The notes under the pieces are model-generated. The model saw only the letters and a program-made list of their open reading frames with translations, made no database searches and was not told the origin of the DNA. From Planctomycetota bacterium (GTDB lineage Bacteria; Planctomycetota; UBA8108; SXIK01), in the NCBI GenBank assembly GCA_965223265.1, contig OZ244999.1, forward strand, positions 768,001 through 832,000: 64,000 nucleotides of DNA, read 5' to 3'. The position numbers and the translations under genes are program-made. Positions 38,085-44,805 of this stretch are shown here, in pieces. The stretch's first letter is position 1. Every line of letters begins with the position of its first letter.

Positions 38085-39773
38085 ATGAAGTCACGATTCA
38101 TTTCCAACATTGGTGATTGGCTCTGGATTGTCGTGGCTCTGGGCTGTTTGCCCTTCGCGAGTCGCGCACTTTTCGGCCAGAGCGACGTAGCGAACCTCGA
38201 CGCGGCGAAGCGCCTGCAGCGCGAAGTTGAACGGCGCTACCGAGGTCTCCGATCCGCGATCAGCGGGCTGATCAGCATGACGGAAGACGTCGATCGCGCT
38301 GAGCGTCTTGGATTGGCGCTCCGGCGCTCAGACGAGCTCGAGTTGCCGCGGCGGCTGCGTCGGGTGCGCCGCTTACTGGCGAGCCGGCGATTGCAATCAG
38401 CTGCTGACGAGGAGGCTTTGCTCGAGAAAGATCTTGAGCGCGTCCTCAAGTTGCTGCGCGGCGAAGACGACGCCGAGGCGGCGCGGCGCGATAAGGAAGA
38501 ATTGAAGGAGCTGCGCGAAGAGCTGGAGCGTCTCGAGCGACTCAAGGCAAAACAGGAGGAGGAGAGGAATGCGACGGAAGAGCTGACTGCGGGCGAGGCG
38601 CCATCCAGCGGTCAAGCGCTGGAGGAGCGACTACGCCAGCAGCGTTCACTGAAGCGCGACGCCGACGAGCTCTCCAAGAGGCTAAAGCGCAAAGCGGCGA
38701 GTCGACAGCGCGGAACGCCCAGCTCCGGCGGGCAGCGTGGGAATTCAGGACAACGCGGCTCCATGGGGAATGCCCAAGAGGCGATGGCGAACGCTGCGCA
38801 GCGCATGCGTGGAGCGGCGATGCGACTGCGGGCTCGCAACGTTCGCGGCGCCCGACAAGATCAAGACGAGGCATTGACGCAGCTTAAGAGAGCCGCGGAA
38901 GAGCTTGAGAATGAGATCGCGCGGCGGGCGGCTGACGCGCAGGCGAGTGTGATCGGGAAGATCGTCCTTAAGCTCTTCGCGCTCGTGACGGCCCAGGAGG
39001 CGCTGCGGCACGAGACGAACGAGCTTCATGCGGCGGACGATATGGAGCCTGCACAACTCCGCCGCGAAGCGCGTCGACTGGCTCGCGAAGAACGTCTTCT
39101 CAAAGTCGATGTGGACGACGTGCAGCGTCTTGTGGCGAGCAGTGAATCCACCGTCGTGGCTCCACGACTTATGGAACGGGCGCAGTCCGACCTGGAGAAT
39201 GCGGCGACGTTGCTTGCAGCTGGTGAGGCAGGGGACGTCGTGCAGTTCTTGCAAGCGGACGTGGAAAGTTCGTTGCGGGCCGTCCTCGAGGCTTTCAAAT
39301 TGGACATGGATAGCGGCGGTGGTGGTGGCGGTGGCGGCGGCGGTGGAGGAGGTGGCGGAAAAATGAAGAAGGAGAAGATCCCACCGGCCGCAGAGGTGCG
39401 TTTGATCTTGGCCGAACAGCGCCGCTTGTTCGATCGCACTCAGCGTCTTCGCAAGCTCGGGCTGCTGGGTTCTGGAGAGAAGCCTGGCGAGACTCAGCCC
39501 GTGAATCCAGCCCAGCTCGAATTGCTGCGGCAGGGGGAGCGACTTGCCGACAACGAGGCGGCGTTGGCCCGGCTTACCGAAGAGTTCCTCCGCGCGTACC
39601 CGAAGGTGGATGCATTTCTTCTTGGCGCGGAGGCGCCAACCGCGTCGCCGCAATTCGATCGAGACACCTTGCCTGACTTGGATGGTCGCGAGGGAGAGCA
39701 GAGCGTCGAGTCCAGCGACACTCGAAAGCCAGACCCGGAAGCGCGGCAAGTGCCGCCGAAGGAGGAGCCATGA
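38085..39773 (+). CDS. Hypothetical exported coiled-coil protein with a 15-Gly tract
   Basis: Signal-like N-terminus, long heptad regions and ..AEVRLI..EQ motif; co-oriented in the MoxR operon. Confidence 0.75.
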   Translation: MKSRFISNIGDWLWIVVALGCLPFASRALFGQSDVANLDAAKRLQREVERRYRGLRSAISGLISMTEDVDRAERLGLALRRSDELELPRRLRRVRRLLASRRLQSAADEEALLEKDLERVLKLLRGEDDAEAARRDKEELKELREELERLERLKAKQEEERNATEELTAGEAPSSGQALEERLRQQRSLKRDADELSKRLKRKAASRQRGTPSSGGQRGNSGQRGSMGNAQEAMANAAQRMRGAAMRLRARNVRGARQDQDEALTQLKRAAEELENEIARRAADAQASVIGKIVLKLFALVTAQEALRHETNELHAADDMEPAQLRREARRLAREERLLKVDVDDVQRLVASSESTVVAPRLMERAQSDLENAATLLAAGEAGDVVQFLQADVESSLRAVLEAFKLDMDSGGGGGGGGGGGGGGGKMKKEKIPPAAEVRLILAEQRRLFDRTQRLRKLGLLGSGEKPGETQPVNPAQLELLRQGERLADNEAALARLTEEFLRAYPKVDAFLLGAEAPTASPQFDRDTLPDLDGREGEQSVESSDTRKPDPEARQVPPKEEP

Positions 39774-41044
39774 GTCGCGTAGGAGTCCGCGTAGGTTTTG
39801 TTCGCCATCGTCGGCCGGTGCTCTCGAGAGTCGCCGCCGCCGTCGCATTCGTTTTCGTCGGCGTCATCGCTGCGGACGAGCCTCGACGGGATCGTGATTC
39901 TGTGACTCCCCGGGTGGATCCCGCTGCCGAATCGACCGAAGACGCTCCCGGCTCACTCGACGACGCGGCGCGTCCTGGTGGATCCGTCGGTACGCCTCGC
40001 TCGACGACAGATTTGTGGGACCGTTTTCTCGATTCCCTGCGTGCATCTGGGCGAGGCGACTTGATCGACGAGCTCTCGCTAAGTGATCGTGCTCGGCTCG
40101 ACTTTGAGCGCGGCGATCTCGTCCGGGCGGTACTGGCGCGCTTCACCCCAGAGCTTCGCAAGTTGCATGCGCTGTTTGCGGGTGATCGTGAGGCGTCGTC
40201 GTTGACGGTCGAAGAGTTGGACGTCGCGATCGCACAAGCTCGTCGGCTGCAGGAGGTCGAAAACCGATTCATCCGCTATTACGGTGACTATTACCGCGCC
40301 TCTTTGGAGCTCGAGATGGCTGACCGTAACTCCTCAGCCGATGCCGGTGATCGTCGCACTTTCGCTCGGGCTCTTCTTGAAGCGCTGGCAGTGGCGGATG
40401 ACTTCTTGCCAGTCGAACTGGCGCACCGCCGCCTGTCGGAGCTCTTCGTCGACTTGAACGAGACGACGCTCGCCATCTTGGAGCTCCAGCTCTTTCTCGT
40501 GGAACTCCCGGAGTCTCGCGCGAGCGAGCGTGCCGAGGCGGAGACGGCGCTCGCCCGGCTCAGAGAGAAGCCGAAGCATCCTGGGCCCGTCAGGGAAACG
40601 AGCCGCCGTATGAGGACAATTGCGGAGAGGTTGAGCGACAGCGATGTCGGTGCCGAAACCCAGCGTGAGGAAGCCGGTGTTGTCGCGGTACTCGACCGCG
40701 TCGCGCGCCTCCTCGAAAAAGTCGACGAAGCTGGCGGGCCGCGCCGCGCCTGCAGTGGAAGCGCGTGCAAACGGGGGAAGTTGGCACCGGGCTCGAAAGC
40801 TGCCAAGGGGCGCGGGCAGGGAACGGCGAATGCGCGTGGCGAAATCACCGACCATGCCAGTGGTCAGGCCGGTGGCAACGCCCTCAGGGAGGAGCCCGAG
40901 CGGCGCGACCGCGAACGCTGGGGCGAAGTGAACGAGGCCGATGTCGCCCGTTCTCTGCGCGAGGTTTGGGAAAAGCTGCCCGGTCGCTACCGGCGCGTCA
41001 TTTCCGACTACTTCCGCGACATCTCCGGTTTGGCTGACGAGTGA
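39770..41044 (+). CDS. Hypothetical exported protein, last gene of the MoxR operon
   Basis: ATGA overlap with the previous gene and GGAG upstream; C-terminal WG.....LPGRYRRVISDYFR motif. Confidence 0.75.
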   Translation: MSRVGVRVGFVRHRRPVLSRVAAAVAFVFVGVIAADEPRRDRDSVTPRVDPAAESTEDAPGSLDDAARPGGSVGTPRSTTDLWDRFLDSLRASGRGDLIDELSLSDRARLDFERGDLVRAVLARFTPELRKLHALFAGDREASSLTVEELDVAIAQARRLQEVENRFIRYYGDYYRASLELEMADRNSSADAGDRRTFARALLEALAVADDFLPVELAHRRLSELFVDLNETTLAILELQLFLVELPESRASERAEAETALARLREKPKHPGPVRETSRRMRTIAERLSDSDVGAETQREEAGVVAVLDRVARLLEKVDEAGGPRRACSGSACKRGKLAPGSKAAKGRGQGTANARGEITDHASGQAGGNALREEPERRDRERWGEVNEADVARSLREVWEKLPGRYRRVISDYFRDISGLADE

Positions 41045-41060
41045 TTGTTGGCACCGGTCC

Positions 41061-41095
41061 AAAAGCGCGTCATTCTGACGGTTTGACGCGCTTTT
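41061..41095. terminator. Bidirectional intrinsic-terminator-like hairpin
   Basis: AAAAGCGCGTCA-N11-TGACGCGCTTTT, a perfect 12-bp inverted repeat between convergent genes. Confidence 0.5.
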
Positions 41096-41354
41096 CGAGG
41101 TACCTCACAGTGTCGAGAAAACTTGAGCCTCGCACGGCCATGACCAGGTCGATCGGGTTGAAGTTCCGCTTGCAGCGAAAGCATCGCGCCAGATTCGTCT
41201 TCGTATTTGTAGCCGTGTCGAACTCTCCACAGCAGGGGCACAGGAAGCGTAGCCAACCGCCGCGGGTTTTCGTCGCCAGTTCCAGAGCGTGAATGGTCGC
41301 GACGATGTCCACTTCGTTTCGCAACCGTCGAAGGTGTTCTGCTGCGATTCTCAC
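41070..41354 (-). CDS. Stand-alone CHC2/primase-type zinc-finger protein
   Basis: 94 aa: VDIV..I...RFLCPCC...NLARCFRC..NFNPIDLVM......FLDTV..L, resembling the DnaG zinc-binding domain. GTG overlaps the istB stop. Confidence 0.8.
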   Translation of the reverse strand: MRIAAEHLRRLRNEVDIVATIHALELATKTRGGWLRFLCPCCGEFDTATNTKTNLARCFRCKRNFNPIDLVMAVRGSSFLDTVRYLEKRVKPSE

Positions 41355-41710
41355 GACTTCGTCCGCCTCTTTTTGCTCGCACGCGCCCTTCGTTCCTTCT
41401 CCCGCTGGTGTTTTCGCTCCTCAGACTCCTTGAGGCGGTAGGATTCCGCATCGATTTCCACCACCTCGCAGCGGTGAACAAGCCGGTCGACGAGGGTGAC
41501 AACCACGCCGGAGTTTGGGAACACATCGTTCCAGTCCTGGAAGCTCTTGTTGGTCGTCAGCACGATCGGCTTTTCCTGCTGGTAGCGTCGAGTGACAAGT
41601 TCAAAGAGTAAATCGGCGTGGTCTGCCGAGGTGGAGAGATACCCGAGCTCATCGATTACGAGTAGTCGCGGGCGACAATAGTGCCGTAGTCGTCGCTCCA
41701 GCGCCGAGGT
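41351..41710 (-). pseudogene. istB: IstB-like ATP-binding protein, C-terminal fragment (Walker A missing)
   Basis: LLVIDELGYL (Walker B), LLFELVTRRY, IVLTTNK.F..W...F and VDRLVHRCEVVEIDAESYR. Confidence 0.9.
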
Positions 41711-42135
41711 AGGAAGCCAGGTCGTACAAACGCCGAAGCGAAGCGGCCACAGAAACGGCACCGAAGCCTGCTCACCGGACGTTCAAAGCGCCCTGATGGC
41801 TCCGCGGTAGTGATGCTCGTCGTCTTCTCAGGCTCCGTTCGCTCCTGCGACCCGAAGATGTGTGCACCAGAAACCGTGGCGGTGGAACCCTGATGAGTCA
41901 CACCGAGATGTCGACGCCGCCAGCGACGCTGTCGACGGGTGTGGTTACGAGCACCAAGCGTGCTTTGCTGATAGCGTCGAGCTGCTCGCCGGATCGACTC
42001 GCATCGTGCAGCGTGCGAGCAGGCGCGAGAGCAGTATCGCTGTCCACGGTCGCAGCGACTGCAGATGACGACTTGCGCGTGGCAGCGTGAACACTGGTAG
42101 AGTCGAACGGAGCGTCCCTGGGCCGCAGCCACCAT
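41656..42135 (-). CDS. Cys-rich basic zinc-finger protein of the IS21-like element (3' end altered by the deletion junction)
   Basis: CSRC..QVVICSRCDRGQRYCSRAC...RYQ...G..NH..RQRR.R...VTHQGS...CRFCG. Confidence 0.75.
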   Translation of the reverse strand: MVAAAQGRSVRLYQCSRCHAQVVICSRCDRGQRYCSRACSHAARCESIRRAARRYQQSTLGARNHTRRQRRWRRRHLGVTHQGSTATVSGAHIFGSQERTEPEKTTSITTAEPSGRFERPVSRLRCRFCGRFASAFVRPGFLPRRWSDDYGTIVARDYS

Positions 42136-42441
42136 CGCACAGATCGGAAGGGTTTTGCGACCGAGACGATACTGCCAGAGTGGGGAGCCCCGGAGAGCGT
42201 CGAGACCTTGAAGGCGCGCCTTAGTAGTAACGCAACGGCCTTACCGAAAGAGAACGGAGTCGGGATGGTCGCTTCTGGTGAGTTGCCTCTACCCAAGCTA
42301 CGTATCCAGACGACGTTCTCGCCGGCTGAGGAGCCGGTCCGTCCCGGATCGCAGCGTGACCCTCTTGCGCGCTGCGAAGATAGCGTACTGACTCGAGGCT
42401 CTCCACTCCTGACTTCGACTAATCTGCCAGAGCTTGTTCGA

Positions 42442-44307
42442 TCAGTTCGTGCCGATTTCTTCTCGCAGGAAAGAGGAAGGTTTGTGCCTTCTTCTTATCG
42501 ATTCACCGGACCGAAACCGGAGTACGGTCGGAAGCTGCTTGCTGTAACGATCCGCCTGCCCCTCGGTCAACTTGGGGAGAATCTGCTCCTCTAGATTCAA
42601 CTGAGCCTCTACAAACTGCTCCATTACGCCCGGTGCTAGTCCGAGTCCCAACCTGGAGTTCGTTCCGTCCCGTTCGTCCTCCGGGAGGCTATAAACGATG
42701 TCCCGTGCGACGTCGATGAACTCATCCACAAAGGGGAGAATGGATTCGACCTGCCCGTCGTCCAGTGCATAGATTCGTCGGAGATCCCTTACCACGACTT
42801 GTGGGGCGTCCTCTTGATCAACACCGTATGTATAGTGAGACGCTCCGCCGTCGAACAGGTGCTCTGAAAACTCGCTTAGCGCCGGCCAGTATTCAAGTTG
42901 ATCGTCCGAAAGGATCTCTTCGACGCCGACCCAGGTTTCCATGATGGTCGAGCGTCGTACGCCGTATCGCTCCAACGGAGTCAGCCCGTCGACCGCAACG
43001 TCTGCGGTGGACGGTAACCGCTCGTTGAGTTTCTTTTGTTGCTTCTTCGTCAGCCCGAGCGATTCAGACACGATCGCTCGGATCAGTTGTCCGCGGATCG
43101 AATCGTCGAAGAAAGGACGTGGCGAAGCCGCTTTGATTCGTGCTTCGAATTGGCTGATCCCATTGCGAAATTTTGACATCCGCTCGCTCGTCTCCGCGGA
43201 GGGTGGGCCCTCCTCACGGATTTGCAGCGTGTCGATATTCTCGGCGAACAACACGGCAAGACCGGAAAGATCGATTAGCCCAGCGATTTCTCGTGAGGTC
43301 TCCTCCGTGCCGTCCTTCGTCGCGGTCTCAGAGGTCTTTCCAGCGGATTCAATCGCTAAGCGCTGGTCTGAGATGGTTTTTTCTAAGTTGCGGATCGTCG
43401 TACGACTTCGCTGAAGCTGGGATCGGGTGTCCTTGTACTGTCTTCGTAGAGTCTCCAGTTCGCTTCGCAGCCGCGAGGCTTCCCGAGTTGCCCTCTCGTC
43501 GTGTGTGGAGTCGTTATTCATCGTCAGTACGCTCACCCCAACGCTGCATACCGCAACGACGGCGATTGCGATTCCTACTGCTTTCTTCGTCACGATTGCT
43601 CCTCCTAAGAGTGTTGCAGAGCCATGAATCGTCGATGACGTTGTGAGCGTCTTGGCGACCGCCGCCGTAGTTCTTCCGACCGGCAGACTGCCGAGCAAGA
43701 GGAGGGTGGTTTGCCGTCCCTTCTTCTTCCACGTGCGAGTCGACGGAAGCATGTCGCGAAGTTGAGCTTCGAATCGGCGCCAGAGTCGATTGCGAAGCAG
43801 GTCTCTTCCCGTCTGTAGCCTCTTCTTAGCGGTAGCACTTGTCGTGCCTTGCGCTTTTGCGACTTGGCGGACGGATTCCCCTTCGTAGTAGAAGAGAAAG
43901 ACCGCTTCACGAACGTTCGCGGGTAGGCGTTGCACTTCGCTCCACAGTCGGTCGTTCAGTTCTCGAATCTCGCTTCGGTTCGCCGCATCCGGCTCAGCGG
44001 ATGGAGTCTCCTGGGTGAGTGATGCAGGGGGTGAACGTCGTCGTAACTCCTTGCGCGCTACGTTCCTGACGATGGTTAGAAACCACGGTCTAAAGCTCGT
44101 ATTTCGCTCCAGACGGTCAAGGTTCTTGAGGGCCAACAATGTTGCTTCCTGCACCACATCCTGGGGGTCGGCTGCGTTTGAGATGATGGCATGAGCTACC
44201 GCAAACGCCTTTTTTTGGTGGCGTACGACGAGTTCTTCGATAGAGCGGGGATTGCCTGCCCGCGCCTGTTGGACAAGTCTGGCGTCCGAAATGAGTGTGG
44301 TGATCAC
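42442..44307 (-). CDS. ECF sigma-70 factor with transmembrane helix and long C-terminal extension
   Basis: Region 2: D..LV..AR.G...DVVQEA.L.A..NL..L....FRPWFLTIVRN. Region 4: LP...REAVFLFYYEG.S...VA. Then a transmembrane segment, a coiled coil and LTxxQ-like motifs. Confidence 0.92.
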   Translation of the reverse strand: MITTLISDARLVQQARAGNPRSIEELVVRHQKKAFAVAHAIISNAADPQDVVQEATLLALKNLDRLERNTSFRPWFLTIVRNVARKELRRRSPPASLTQETPSAEPDAANRSEIRELNDRLWSEVQRLPANVREAVFLFYYEGESVRQVAKAQGTTSATAKKRLQTGRDLLRNRLWRRFEAQLRDMLPSTRTWKKKGRQTTLLLLGSLPVGRTTAAVAKTLTTSSTIHGSATLLGGAIVTKKAVGIAIAVVAVCSVGVSVLTMNNDSTHDERATREASRLRSELETLRRQYKDTRSQLQRSRTTIRNLEKTISDQRLAIESAGKTSETATKDGTEETSREIAGLIDLSGLAVLFAENIDTLQIREEGPPSAETSERMSKFRNGISQFEARIKAASPRPFFDDSIRGQLIRAIVSESLGLTKKQQKKLNERLPSTADVAVDGLTPLERYGVRRSTIMETWVGVEEILSDDQLEYWPALSEFSEHLFDGGASHYTYGVDQEDAPQVVVRDLRRIYALDDGQVESILPFVDEFIDVARDIVYSLPEDERDGTNSRLGLGLAPGVMEQFVEAQLNLEEQILPKLTEGQADRYSKQLPTVLRFRSGESIRRRHKPSSFLREEIGTN

Positions 44308-44805
44308 GACTATCTATGGGCTATGGGCGGGTGCTGAAATGTCAAAACTCGTAGTCACCGTGTATCCAGATCCTACTTCGGGAAAAAGGTGAACGGAAAA
44401 TTTCAATCACGAGAACCGATTTGTTGAACGTTGGGGGGCGCGGAGTGGAGACGTCAAAGACCACGGCTAGTCAGACGAGGCGGGGTACTCGTTGGTCGCT
44501 TCAGCGGGCCGGGTACTGCCGCGGGGTATGATCGGCAGCGCTGCTGACAGCGGGGTACTACGCGGAGAAACGTCAGAATGACGCGGATTCTAACCCGCGT
44601 TTACAAGTGATCGAGCGCGCGAGTCAGGTCTCCCGACCCTGGAGACTCGATGCGCAGGATGCAGCCTTTCGCGCGACGTCTGGGAGCGTCGGCGTGAGAG
44701 ATTCCGAATCGCGACGACGGCTCCACGAACAAGCACTCGGTCGCAATCCTTCCCGTCTGTGAGACGATCTATCCACTCACTGGTGCCGAAAAGGCGCCGC
44801 GGTCG

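Larger units (their letters stand above)
41046..44605 (-). mobile_element. Non-autonomous IS21-family-derived transposon (3,560 bp) with ECF sigma cargo
   Basis: Terminal inverted repeats at 41046-41080 and 44571-44605 (25/35 identical, inner 15 bp perfect, TGT...ACA ends). AGTGAT direct repeat at 41040-41045 and 44606-44611. Contains an istB remnant. Confidence 0.9.

Noticed and set aside
36904-38094. Long antisense and alternative-frame ORFs (SVSVSV/EAEAE, RRQRRR, LCLRLC)
   Set aside because: They are by-products of the stop-free hexamer tracts within the 35216-37996 gene.
42302-44370. GTATCCAGA repeated upstream of both the ECF gene and the zinc-finger gene, as a possible shared ECF promoter
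   Set aside because: Only 9 bp match and the corresponding -35 positions do not agree, so chance cannot be excluded.
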